A DNA stretch of 61,781 nt, the filler included, from Sphacelaria rigidula (Eukaryota): NCBI GenBank assembly GCA_964200075.2. It is 8 parts of 8 records of this genome, joined end to end, with 100 filler letters (N's around TTAATTAATTAA, not from the genome) between each part and the next. Parts side by side here need not be neighbours in the genome. Positions count along the whole stretch, not along the records: positions 7,737 to 15,371 come from CAXNAA020014000.1; positions 15,472 to 23,106 come from CAXNAA020014001.1; positions 23,207 to 30,841 come from CAXNAA020014002.1; 5 more parts are not named here. One strand, written 5' to 3'. The notes beneath the pieces are model-generated. The model saw only the letters and a list, made by a program, of their open reading frames with translations, ran no database searches and was not told the origin of the DNA. How positions within the stretch are numbered: the first letter of the stretch is position 1; every line of letters starts with the position of its first letter. Shown piece by piece: positions 12,720-23,968 of this stretch. Both the position numbers and the translations under genes were made by a program.

Positions 12720-13126
12720 GCATAAGTTATGTTTGTCCTTATATTGAGTTTTCTTACATTTCTGGCCGACAGGATCCTGTTGATTTTCTTACATTGTCGT
12801 TTTCTTATATCCTCGATGTACTGCCTCTGCCACCTCCTCGCTGCACGCAAATTACCCAACGAAAAGCACCCCCGCAGGTCTACTGCGTCTAACTGGCGCT
12901 ACCCAAAATGCTAGGTAGGGTGTGTTGCCTCCCCCATGTATTGTAAAACAACCAAAACAAGACAACAAAGTTGGGGAGGGGCTTCCCAGTCACCTAGTTT
13001 CTTATTTCTTATGCCTATTTTAGGTATGTATCCGCGCTGTTTCTCATTTTCATGTTTCTTATCTTGTCGCCCAGTTTGAGGTGCGTTTCTTAGTCCATTT
13101 TTCATATTTTCCGTGAAAGGCCCAGT
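12720..13126 (+). repeat. Dispersed repeat; second copy at ~42020-42523
   Basis: Shared blocks include tttctggccgac.ggatcctgtt, aattacccaacgaaaa, gtctaactggcgctac.caaaatgctaggtagggtgtg and tatccgcgctgtttct...ttttccgtgaaag. Confidence 0.9.
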
Positions 13127-13566
13127 GTTATAGTGTTAGCCGGAATGCACCCTCTTGGTGCAAGCCGGTCGGGTCAGAGGTCAGATACTTCCAAGGTCAA
13201 CACTGGCAGTTCTGTCCTCACAAAGGATCGGGTTACAGACGTGTCCAAATCAGCTAACACCACAATAGCTTCACGCAGTAAGCTATACCTACTTGATACA
13301 AAGGCTCTTGTTCACTTGTATGCGTTATCGCTCCTTTCAATGCTCTCTCAACTGCTCTCTGGCTATCCCAATTGCTCAGCAGGAAGCATCACCCAGCGAG
13401 TACCGCGGCGAGGGCTCAAGGACCCATGTCTGTACTTTTTTTCAGTCTCACATCCGGCCTAGTCAAGCTTGATCAGACTCGCAACTATAGAATCCGAGAC
13501 TTGATCATGAACGCCTCCTAGCTTCATGACACTCGCCCATCCAGAGGAACCTCTATTACAGTTGCG

Positions 13567-14772
13567 ATGAGAAATCTCAAAAAGCGACGAAAATGGAGTT
13601 ATTTCTCCACGTCAAGTCATAAGCGACAAGGAAGGCGAACTCAATGCTATAAACGTGAGCACTGCAGTTTGAGCGCGACCTACGCTTTCTCCCTAACTCT
13701 ACCCGCGCTAGCACTTTCAAGTAGCAGTGAAGAACGGTACTCCAGAAAAACTCAGAAAAAGGGACAAGTACGAATTCTGAAAACTTCAGACGCTGACTAC
13801 TATACACACATGCAACAGTGTGCTGACGTCCGGCACCGATCGACTTTATGGGTACGGGTCACTATGAAATATGACTAGCTTTCACAGCAGTCACCAATCT
13901 AGTTTTTACGTTGATGGGGAGGGAGAAGGGGGGGAAATCGGGGAACGCATTTCATGGAGCCTGATCTGGCCAATGTCGGGGGAGAAAAATCGGGGTGTCA
14001 CGATTTCAGAACAGTTTACCCCGATTTTTGTGAAAAATGGGGGCGGGGGGAGCTGAGTTCCCTCCGATCCTTAGGAGGTAAAGTACGTACATTTTAATGT
14101 ACAATCGTAGGGTATGAGGCGTTCGATATTTTTGCAACCGCAGAAGATGACGCAGCCTCCTGACAGTGCAGGGCGTGCCTGCCTGCGGCAGCTGGTGAAG
14201 CAACTTCGCACGGGGTTTGACAAGCGGATACCAAGTGTTGACGTCGTACCCTGCGGCGAAGGTGATATTTTATGCTGCACTGCGTTGCCATATGTGTATC
14301 ACCATAACGAACGGTATACCGTACTATCCTAGTCTATATCGTCGCTATACTTGCAGGACTTGCAGGGTGATATATGGCACGGCACTAAGGACATATTGTC
14401 GCACTATTCACTGTTATTGCAATACCGACTGTGCCATCATGTATTACCACACGACATCATCACGCGTACTGGGATTATGGAGTGTCCTGCACTGTATTAC
14501 CCCAGGATATCACGGTACGGCACTTTACTCGAAAGATTATTCACTGCCTGCCTGCTCTTCGGCCTCACGAGTACGCGACACCACTCTCATGCAGAAAATG
14601 ACTGCTGTACTATTGTGTTGCACAAATAACAGTGGATCCTAGAAAATGGGCTTCACATAAAATATGGGGTTGAAGTGGCACTTCTCTTTTGCAGGGAAGA
14701 CGCGAAACACCGGCGACCGAGCGAAGCCATCTTCCCCCCAATTGTCCGCAGCAGTTGAGCAGCTGTGGCAAG
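13567..14772 (+). CDS. Candidate spliced BED zinc-finger protein fragment (hAT transposase-like or derived); exons 13567-13851, 14144-14261, 14695-14772
   Basis: KWSYF...CYKREHC...HMQQC resembles the BED motif W-x-YF...CxxC...HxxxC, with one Cys replaced by Arg. GT/AG junctions (TGG|gtacgg, ccgcag|AAG, GAAG|gtgata, tttgcag|GG, CAAG|gtgcac) join in compatible phases without stops. Confidence 0.3.
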
Positions 14773-17700
14773 GTGCACCTAGCGAATGCGGTGTACACGC
14801 GTGTCGATGACGATATCACTGGAGAGAGGAGCAACGACAGAGGAAACTCCTCGCCCGTGTCCTTTGTGTCTCGCCGCTCGGCGATTACCAAACTCTCGAG
14901 AGACTGGCACCATCTATCTTACCAGCATGTGCCGAAGTTTTCACGTGCCAGAACATCGGCGTGCGGAGAGATTCCGTCGTCTCTTCTTGCCTTTCGAGCT
15001 CACGAATGCGAAGTCCGAATTCTCTCTGCCTCTCCTTTCGGACAGGACGCGCCTCTGTGCGCTGAAAAACATGTCGTTGAAAAATAGGGCAACGTTCCCG
15101 TCACCGCTACTACTGTTCTTTGTCACACACATGCCAGCAAGGGCGGTGCTGCGGCAATAACATATATATATCCAATTTGAACTTAGGGGGTGTTATTCAT
15201 CGTTGATTTCCGCCGACCTCCCCCAGCCCTCATCCGGGCGCCCGAGCAGAAGGGCCTGCCACACGCCAGTTGAGGGGGGTGTATGAGAGATCAAACACTT
15301 GTAGAGACCTTTTCGACATGCGGAGTGAAAAAAGATACCTACGGTGGTGACCTAACTGTTGCCAGCGTGGCNNNNNNNNNNNNNNNNNNNNNNNNNNNNN
15401 NNNNNNNNNNNNNNNTTAATTAATTAANNNNNNNNNNNNNNNNNNNNNNNNNNNNNNNNNNNNNNNNNNNNCCCACAAAACCACCCCCCCCCCTACACCC
15501 CCCGTCGAAACCCCTCCACCCGCCCCCCCCCCCCCGCCCTTCCCCCCCCCCCCCCCCCCATCCTTGAATCTCCCATATAGTACCGCCACCGACTCGGACA
15601 TCATCACTAGTACGCGCAAGATGCCCGTAGTAGTTCGGAAAACAAGACAGCCACAACGTGTCTAGTGCCAATCCAATGGCAATCAAACACACACACGCAT
15701 ACATGAAAATGACAGAAATAACACCCTCCCAATGAAAACGACGCGACTGTTTCTACAGCTAGGCCCCAACGCCCCAACGGAATTCTAGTGAGTCGGAAAA
15801 AGGATAGGGAGGCGGCGGGAGGGGGGTGAGGACGGAAAGGAGGAAATACTCCGGTGGAAATTCCTTGTCCTCGTTTAATTTTGAGACCCTAGTACAAAAA
15901 AACACCGTGTGTGCATGCATGCATGCATATATATATATATATATAAACAAGTCGGTCCGTGCCCTCCGCGTGTCGGTGCCCACAGTGCGGGCTGGATGCA
16001 CACCGGCAGTGCATGGTAACCAAAGGGAAACAAAAAAAGGTAAACAAAAAGGACAAGACGAATTAAAAGATCCCGGGATGACAACAACAACAACAACAAC
16101 AACAACGACGACGTCGGCGACGACGAGTGCGACAGCAACAGCAGCTGCACCGGTAGCAAGAACAAAAATACACCTGACCGCACGACCCTCGCCATCCCTT
16201 TCCCTTCTCCACCCCCCCCCCCCCCCCCTCCGTACACACATACTAAACCAAAACCCACCCTCCACGACCGACTTAAAAAAGACGGTACCACGGTACAGCT
16301 TACCCCGCTGATGACGCATGCACAAACAACCCGCCCACCCACCCTCCGCTAAAATTCCCGCCGAACCGCGTCACACTGTTGTCCGACGTCCAATGACAAA
16401 CAAATAATGATCCACGACTGCACGAACCTAGCGGTAGAATGCAGCAAGTGGAACTCCAACACCCCAATGCCCCCATTTCCCTCACGACCGAACTCGGCTA
16501 CATACTTAAAACTCAGTTCATGCACTCTCCCTCCGATACCCAGGCAATAATATTGCACTAAATGTACTGTGGACTCTAGGGCGTATTTCCACGGGTCCAC
16601 AGATGTAGATCAAAGGTGATGGGAAGGGCTCGGTATCGGCAAGGGGGGGAAGGAGAGGGGAGAGGGAGGGGGAAGGGAGGGGAGAGGGAGGGGATATTTA
16701 TATATATTTATATTTAATACGCACGCCCGGTTCGTACTCAGTGTAGGTAGGGGAACAAAAAAACAAAACAAAACCAAAAAAAGGAAAAGAAACAAAAAAG
16801 TGGTAACAGAACCAGCAGCAGTAACGGGTATTTGATTTTCAAACATTTGCATCGTTCCGTTTTTTTATACCAAGAATCGAAAAAAAGCACAAACGCGTAG
16901 GTACGTACGTTACATACATACATACATACACACACAAGCATACAATAATACGCACATTTGCACGTGCACAAAGGTAGCTAGCTATAGCTAGCTAGTCCCT
17001 CACGCGACAGCTGGCTCGGCGGCAACAAAAACCCGAGGAGAGGAGAGGAGAGGAGAGGAATTGAGAGGAGAGGAATAAGAACATGTACAAAAAACGGAAC
17101 GGGTCAATAACTTAAGAAAAAAGAAGAAAGTGGCGAAAAACCAGGACATCATATCACGGTTGACTCGCGGAACGGAAAACGCCTCCCCAACGGAATTTTA
17201 CGAACCCCATGACATCCACCCACCCACCTACCCACCCGTACCAAACAAAAATGGACTCCAGTTCGCCTACGAGTATTCTCAGGAGACAGCAGAGCACGTT
17301 GACACGACTACGCCTGCACAACCAAAAAACAAAGCACACACCGAATTTCCCGCTCGGCATTTTTGAGTCGCTACTCCCCAATTAGTTTGGCAATTGCCCC
17401 CGAGGATCAATAAGTCTCATGCAGCGTCAGACGCATTTCAGCTCCGCACACCCCCTATACCCCGGCTGCCCCCCCCCCCCTCCCTTTCCCCCCACATGTC
17501 GTACTTAAAAAAAATGAAAACTAATACCACTCGGTTACCGTCCGAACCTAACAGTGACAGAACCACCGGGTAGCCTTAAGGTGTCTATCCGCATTTTACA
17601 GAGATTTTTTTTTCCCATTCACATTGCGCATAGGAAAAAGTCGACTTACTCGATGTACTTTTTTTTCCCGTTTTTTCCTGACTCGACCGGGAGCCCTTCA

Positions 17701-18210
17701 CCAGGACGGAGCATCTCATCGCACTCCCAGCCAATCTAGAAAAAAAAATATCGTGCACGTATTCCTAAATCATGGAACCATGCACGTCCGTCGCCCGCCA
17801 TTGCCAAAAATCATCGTGACGTGTTGTTGATCTTGAATCACGAGAGCATGTACATCCACAGCCGTCAGTTTTTCCTCGTAACGAAGTGATGCCGGCTCAG
17901 CCCAAGCTTTGCCCTCCACACCCCCTCCCCCGGGAAGGCTACCGCTTTGCGCACAAGCCGTTCGGTTCCGTATGCGACGGTCTGCGTATATTATCATGGC
18001 CGTCGCTTTGTCACTATTCAACACTCTGTATTTTGTTGTTTTGATATTATCGGGCCGACGCACGAGAGGGGCACGCGTGGGGGAGACGGGGCGGGGGAGG
18101 CGGGGGTTACAAACAAATAGGAGCTCGTCGAATGTTCATCCATGGATATCCCTGTGCGTGCGTGCTCCAATGTCTTTGTGTGATATCCCCGCTACTGTAA
18201 TGTGCCGTGC

Positions 18211-18330
18211 GTTGTTGTTGTTGTTGTTGTTGTTGTTATTTTCACATTAAAAACCGTTCCGATATCTGCGCAGTGCTCTGTACTGGGCATCTGATGCGGA
18301 TGCCTTCCGTGGTCACAAGCTAAAACCTCC
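18211..18330 (-). mobile_element. 3' end of a (CAA)n-tailed retroposon family (also 24960-25098 +, 27963-28070 -, 54147-54195 +)
   Basis: The shared body gtgaccacggaaggc.tc.g.atcagatgcccagtac.gagcactgcg.agatatcggaacggtttt.aatgtgaa is followed by (aac)n in all four copies. Confidence 0.8.
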
Positions 18331-18848
18331 CAAATTGGGTAAAAAAATAAAAACAAAATTCGAACCCAGAAAAAAACGTGTGTGTACGTCACATACTGCG
18401 CACGATATGAGATGTGCTTGAACGTGACTTGACCGTGTGAGGATGTTTGTTGCGCGTTAAGTGATACTTGTTCGCGGCGATGAAAATGAACTCCCGGTAA
18501 GAATGGCGCGAGCTACCATAATAAACAATTTCGCATATGCGCGCTAACCATCGTCGGAGGTACTCCCCCGCTTCCCGCTCCCCGCTGCGCTTTCCCACGC
18601 GAGACCTATCTCCGTCGACTTTGTGCGAGACGAACGACGAACATCGAGTCGCATGTGCACCATTTTACCCTGCCCTTGAAAGAAAAAAAATCAATACTCA
18701 TGTATCAAACGAATGGAATAAAACACAATATCTTGGCAGTCCAGGCAAGAAAAATGAAAAATGAAAACAAACGAACAAGGCGGGATGACAGTCTCCACGC
18801 CAAACGTCACCTCGCACGTTCTCTCCAAAATGCGCGTTCTATATCCCT

Positions 18849-21359
18849 CTAGGCCGCCACCATGTATCTCCCCGCCGTGCGCACGCGGATAAGGTACTCA
18901 GCCAGTTGTACTTCCTCTGCGGTACCCGTAATCCTCACGGTCTTGAGAGGGTTGTGCCCAGCCGCCCCGGTGTCCACATCGCCATCATCGCCACCCGCCA
19001 TGTCCATAACCTGTCCGGACAGCGGAGCAGCGGGCCAAGAGCCCTCCCCGGCGTCCGCGACCGCGTTGCCAGAAGCAGAGGGGCCGGCGGTGAAGTCTAG
19101 CTCGCTCCTGCTCGTTTTGTTCTCGACGACCACCGCCGACGGCACCGCCGTGTCATTGCCGAAAGAGCGGCGAATGTTGTTCGCGTTACTGTCCACTACG
19201 CCGCCACGTCCATCGCTGACGCCACCGCCGCGCATGATCGCGCGCTCCGAAGACGGACGGGAAGGAGCCATCGAAACACTAGCCTGCGAGCAAGGGGGCA
19301 TCAACTGCGCGGAGGAGGCGGCGGCCGCGGCGCTCGCCGCCTCAACGTCCTCTTTGCTGAAGCCCTCTGCTAGGGCGAGCTCGATGCGGCTGCCCAGTGA
19401 GTTGTACACCGCGACAGACGACGAGGAACCGGGGGCCGAAAAGGGAGCAGATGAAGCACAACTCGCCGGAACGGCCGTGGCGGCAGCGGCGCTGGCGGCG
19501 GCCTTACTCTCCGCAGCTGCTAGACCTAGACCGTCGGCCGGCGCCATGCATGCGTTCGGCTTAGCATGGGCGTTACCGTAACGGCTACCGCTGCCGCTGT
19601 TACCACCGCCGCCAACCGAAAGAACGGCGGCAGCCGCCGCGACGACCTCGCCAGACAAGTGGCAATAGCTCTCCGGGGATTCCGGGGCGATGATTCCGGC
19701 ACCGGAAAGGTGTTTAATGTCATCGAGATCCCGCACGCCCAGCAGAGCGAAAGCGGCGCGTCCCACCTCAACGTCAACACCGGTGATGGTAGAAGGGCTG
19801 CGAGGAGGCGCCGCGACGTCGCTCGAGCTTCCACCGAAGAACGAGCCGATGATGTCCACCAGGCACGCCGGTAGTTCCCCGTCGTCGACGTACGATCTAT
19901 TCCCTAGAACGCCACCGCTGGTCATGCTGTTCAAGGCTCCAGGATTATCGCTGACAGATAGAGCGGCCCCGCCTCCTCCGGTAGACGAAGCGGCAGCGGT
20001 ACCCAGGGAGAGCTGGCTGATCAGCGCCGGAGCATCGGCCGCCGTGTTACTGCCAATAAGCGCCTCCGCGGAGCCGGCGGAGTCCGTGCTGCTGCTGCGC
20101 GGAGATTCCACAGCGGACGGCGATGATGAGACAAGGTCAGGGCTGCTGGATGCACTTACCCTACCGCTACGACTTGCGTTTCCGCTGGAGGTGCTGAGCC
20201 CGCTCACCCCGCTCACAGCGCGGCGCAGTTCGGGCAACGGCGGAGAGAGAGGCGTGGTCGTTGCCCACGAACGGTCCTCAAAACGGTCCTCGGGATTCCA
20301 ATGCTGACGGCAAGAAGTAGACAGCTCAGACACGGAAGAAGCGGGTGAGGTGGAGGCCGTGGGGGTCGTGCCGGGCATCCCTCCGCCAAGTGCCGCCGCC
20401 GCGATGTGGAACCGGAGGTGGCTCCCGCCAACCCCTCCTGCCCCTCCGCCTCTAACCGAGTCGAAGTTGAACACGCGGGGAGGTCCATGGCCGGGTCGTG
20501 GACCCGGTCCGTGCCCTAGCCCTCCCACACCGTTGACGACTACGCTTCCGCGAGCGTGGGCCGCCAGCGCGGCCGCCGCACCGGAGGTCGCTTGCGTGGA
20601 CACCGGCGGCGGGCCCGGCGGCATCGGCATCGGCATCGGCACCGGCGACGGCCGGACGTCCATCAACTTCGAAGCGACAAGATGATGCGCACGGAGGCAA
20701 GCGTCGAAGCTGCCCATCGCGGTCAAGACGCGATCCATGAGTATAGCGGGGGGAAGGATAATGTTGCTCTTGTCGATAAGGCGGTGTTGGTGGTGGTCTC
20801 CGCCCTTCAGCCCCCCCCCCCCCCCCCCCGGGGGGTGGCGCCCGGCCGGAACGCCCCCCCCACGCCCCCCCGGGCCCGAACCGGTGCCCCCCCGGGCCCC
20901 CCCCCGCGGTCCCCCGACACCGCCGCCGCCACCATTAGGACCCGGTCCGCAAGAAGGACCGGGTCCGGGTCCGCCGTGGTGGTGCGGGGAGGGCGACATC
21001 GTCGGTGCCGGTAACGGGCCGTGGATAGGGTGGAAGTGAAACGCGTTGCTGGAGATCTCGATACGCGCGCCGCTGTGCTCGCGGATCGCCTTGATGGTGC
21101 AGCCACCTCGGCCGATCAGTCCGCCTGCTTTTACATTGGGGATGAGCAGGCGGAAGGAGTTGGCAACGCAGTCTGGATCCCCCCCCGCGAGTCCCATGAC
21201 AGGGTCGGCGTCGGGGCCTACAGCTCCGGCATGGCTGAGGATGTGCGTGAAGGCGAGCTGCACGGAGTTGAAAGTCCCCGCGGCGGTTACCATGCGATCG
21301 TCTGCGTCGTCGTGTAGCCCCGTGCAGCTGTCGCTTATGGTTACCTTCGCCCCTGAAAC
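18849..21359 (-). CDS. Terminal exon (836 aa + stop) of a KH-domain RNA-binding protein, PCBP/Nova/hnRNP K-like; upstream exon(s) not found in this contig
   Basis: The acceptor cccaacag|GTTTCAGGG at 21360 is in phase 0. The exon encodes the second half of KH1 (VSGAKVTIS...RMVTAAGTFNSVQLAFTHIL), KH2 with an intact GxxG (FRLLIPNVKAGGLIGRGGCTIKAIREHSGARIEIS...RVLTAMGSFDACLRAHHLV) and a terminal KH strand-helix (KTVRITGTAEEVQLAEYLI). The frame is open and GC-rich for 2.5 kb. Confidence 0.88.
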   Translation of the reverse strand, partial: VSGAKVTISDSCTGLHDDADDRMVTAAGTFNSVQLAFTHILSHAGAVGPDADPVMGLAGGDPDCVANSFRLLIPNVKAGGLIGRGGCTIKAIREHSGARIEISSNAFHFHPIHGPLPAPTMSPSPHHHGGPGPGPSCGPGPNGGGGGVGGPRGGARGGTGSGPGGRGGGVPAGRHPPGGGGGGLKGGDHHQHRLIDKSNIILPPAILMDRVLTAMGSFDACLRAHHLVASKLMDVRPSPVPMPMPMPPGPPPVSTQATSGAAAALAAHARGSVVVNGVGGLGHGPGPRPGHGPPRVFNFDSVRGGGAGGVGGSHLRFHIAAAALGGGMPGTTPTASTSPASSVSELSTSCRQHWNPEDRFEDRSWATTTPLSPPLPELRRAVSGVSGLSTSSGNASRSGRVSASSSPDLVSSSPSAVESPRSSSTDSAGSAEALIGSNTAADAPALISQLSLGTAAASSTGGGGAALSVSDNPGALNSMTSGGVLGNRSYVDDGELPACLVDIIGSFFGGSSSDVAAPPRSPSTITGVDVEVGRAAFALLGVRDLDDIKHLSGAGIIAPESPESYCHLSGEVVAAAAAVLSVGGGGNSGSGSRYGNAHAKPNACMAPADGLGLAAAESKAAASAAAATAVPASCASSAPFSAPGSSSSVAVYNSLGSRIELALAEGFSKEDVEAASAAAAASSAQLMPPCSQASVSMAPSRPSSERAIMRGGGVSDGRGGVVDSNANNIRRSFGNDTAVPSAVVVENKTSRSELDFTAGPSASGNAVADAGEGSWPAAPLSGQVMDMAGGDDGDVDTGAAGHNPLKTVRITGTAEEVQLAEYLIRVRTAGRYMVAA

Positions 21360-21989
21360 CTGTTGGGTGTATTTGGAGGTGTGTGTCCGGAGGGCATGAT
21401 GGGGTAGAGGCGGGCAGTTTGTAACACTTTGGTAGTAGTGAATGAAGAATAGAACAAAATAAACGAGTTGTATACCTCTCTTGATCATGCGCTGAAAAAT
21501 ACTCGAAAATACGCGCCCGAGTTTCGAGGCTAATTGCACAAAAAAGGGGGGAAATGCGCACGGTTCTCTGCTCGACAAAATATGCTCCAAAATACGATTT
21601 TTATGCACCCTTCTTCAGGCGGCAATGCTGCTGCACACTGCGACTGCGCCACTGTGATGTACCTAAATACTGTCCAGACGACTCCTTGCTACTTGTGTGA
21701 TTATAGGCTCACGTAGAAAGGGCTAGTTATACTTCTGGACGATAGTATAAATACTGCTGCACTTTTGAAATCGGGACATGGTCAAGTACAACTCATGTTT
21801 TACGAGAAAAGTCCGTTTTCATCGCTTCCTCGAGTCAGGTCACGGCTCGCATAATACCCACAGCACGGTGGTATTGATATGTCCAAAAGAAAATTAATAC
21901 CGTTATATATATATGCGAAACACAACGCGGGCGAATAAAAACGAAGTACTAGTTAATTAACCCACACCTCATATGGACATGGATTTATG

Positions 21990-22740
21990 TTTCTTGAAAA
22001 TCCCACCAGTCCCTGTGCCGACTTTTCTGTACTTCTATGCCGCTGGACCAGAGCCCAAATTTTTGCATCCCATAGCTCCTAACGCATGGCGACGATCGGA
22101 ATCATCACGCTTACTCAACGTACCGACACACACCTACAGGAGCAGCACAATAAATCTTTGGGATCACGAAGTAAACCGTGACAGTCATGATGCTGTGCTG
22201 TAGTTGATGGCGGGGATAAGTATTTCAACCGTTTACGTCCCGATTGGAAGATTTCAAGGGCAGGTCGAGTAGAGTATACTCAATCGCGGGGTATTTTGAA
22301 AGTCGTACTTGAAAGTACACAAATAGGGGTATATCGGTTTCAGGGATCGCTTTCCATCTATTTTTGGGGTACGGCTCGTAACACTCTACCCTAATTTGAG
22401 TACCTCAAGTACGTCTTTCAAAATACCCCGGAATTGAGTATACTCTACTCGACCTGCCCTTGGAAGGTTTCGGAATATTCGAGCGGGGCATGAAACCATG
22501 TGACAACTTGAACCCCTGTTACCAGCTACAGCAGTATGGTGGTCACGGTCCACGCCATACCCCGAAATTTGTTGTGCGGTTCCAGTAGGTGTGTCGGTAC
22601 GTTATGCAAGGAAGCTGACTCTAACCATCCCCATGTGCTAGGAGTTTTGGATCGTGAGGATGTGGACTATGGCCCAACGGCACGAAAAGACGGGAGACTC
22701 TGCACGGACAGGGGACTGACGGGGTTTTTGCCCAACAAAA
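21990..22740. mobile_element. Old diverged foldback (palindromic) element
   Basis: The reverse complement of 22470-22740 aligns with 21990-22250, e.g. aacgtaccgacacac(ac)ctac.gga.c.gcacaa.aaat, accgtgac and tgctgtag. Confidence 0.7.
22255..22462. mobile_element. hAT-type MITE (208 bp); truncated second copy at 52243-52407
   Basis: Perfect 30-bp TIR caagggcaggtcgagtagagtatactcaat, extending to ~60 bp with few mismatches. The 8-bp flanks gaagattt and gaaggttt match at 7/8 (TSD). Confidence 0.88.
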
Positions 22741-23024
22741 GCGATCGACAAATGGAAATCAAAGTCCCCCAATCAAGTGACCCATTTTTCATGTGCCTAT
22801 TTTTAGGGGGCGGAAATAGGCGAACCATGCGGAATGAACAATACAGTGAACGTGACGAGGAGAGAGGTCCAAGCAGACGGCACATGTTTGATTCATGCCT
22901 GATTTCAATTTTTTGGTAGTATAAATACCTGCAGCGGGGGAGAATTCACCGTTTGTACAGGGGTCGTAGGCAGTTGTGAGCAGTGGGCGCAATATACACT
23001 AGTCATCATAAGGTGCACAAACAA

Positions 23025-23106
23025 GGGGGGCGTACTCATTTGTTGCTTGCCTTAGTCATTTGACCATTGACCACGCATCCCTTTCGAGACGGAGCACACA
23101 AACAAG
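23025..23106 (+). repeat. High-copy dispersed repeat beginning with a G-run (also 25752-25828 -, 53826-53900 +); related family at 7570-7636, 24410-24695, 30942-31100, 37909-38240, 38532-38576, 53400-53610
   Basis: gggggcgtactcatttgttgcttgccttagtcatttgaccattgaccacgcatcccttt recurs. The sister family shares gtactcat...gaccattga..cgcatccct and continues aagattg.tcggcc.gaagc. Confidence 0.8.
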
Positions 23107-23868
23107 NNNNNNNNNNNNNNNNNNNNNNNNNNNNNNNNNNNNNNNNNNNNTTAATTAATTAANNNNNNNNNNNNNNNNNNNNNNNNNNNNNNNNNNNNNN
23201 NNNNNNTCTCTCCTTCGCTGGCTTTCTTTCTTTTTTCCCTCTTGGGTTGTTTTGGGAGGGGGGGGGGGGGGGGGGGGGAATAGAGTCCGAACGGAGGACG
23301 AATAGTCCACGTCCAACTAGTGCGTGTAGACTGTAGTGCAGTTTGTATATACATCCTGTTTTCATATTCGTAGTACTGCGGAGGGAGAATCGAACGTACC
23401 GGTGGAAGCCTTTTGACACCCCGAGCTTTTTGGGTTTTTTTTTGGGGGGGGGGAGGTGAAGGGTGAGAGGGAAACAATTGCGCCGCGTTTTCGGAAAGAC
23501 AAACGCTGCAAATAGAGGCATGCTATAAGATGCGGCGCACTTAGCTAACGAAGGCGTGGCTGGTACCGCCAGGAAGATCAGCATTACGCCTATTCGACAC
23601 TGTACGTCTTGAGTTCCATGGAGCGGAGGCACCCTCGCTGCGGACGGACGAAAAACAGTACACCCGTACAGTAATAGGAACCAGTTCCATCGGAAACAGC
23701 AAGCGGAACCAACAGGTGGAACCAGTTCCACAGGTGAGCGTGGAGCAAGATCCAGACTTTCGTCGTTCCAGGCTTCTTGTACGTAAATCGCCGTCGTTCG
23801 CAACGTATGTAGGATTTCAGTTGCGACATGTATACATATACTTTGAAGCAATACAAGTGAGTGTTCAC

Positions 23869-23968
23869 CTCGGTGTTCCCTGCAACGATCCTCGCCTCCG
23901 GGTGCTCCGCTTTCATCTTGATGAGTTCTTCCAGAGATGTGGGACAGAACCACGACACGCTCTTGCCC
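23869..23968 (-). CDS. XDH: Xanthine dehydrogenase/aldehyde oxidase exon, start of the FAD-binding domain
   Basis: ctccag|G GGC AAG...ACC GAG|gtgaac encodes GKSVSWFCPTSLEELIKMKAEHPEARIVAGNTE, matching the XDH motif W..PTSL.EL..LK..P.A..V.GNTE. Confidence 0.88.

Noticed and set aside
13134..13560. Possible solo LTR (TGTTA...TTACA)
   Set aside because: No target-site duplication or second copy was found to support it.
15472..18200. ORFs of 80-190 aa downstream of the KH gene
   Set aside because: They arise from poly-C/G, (ACA)n, (TA)n and (GAGAG)n tracts in probable 3' UTR or intergenic DNA and have no domain signal.
18862..21399. Long plus-strand ORFs (239, 205, 152, 117 aa)
   Set aside because: These are antisense shadows of a GC-rich exon.
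21360..21608. N-terminal 83 aa of the 919-aa ORF
   Set aside because: It is AT-rich, has no KH similarity and ends in a canonical acceptor. The exon starts mid-KH1, so this stretch is intron read-through.
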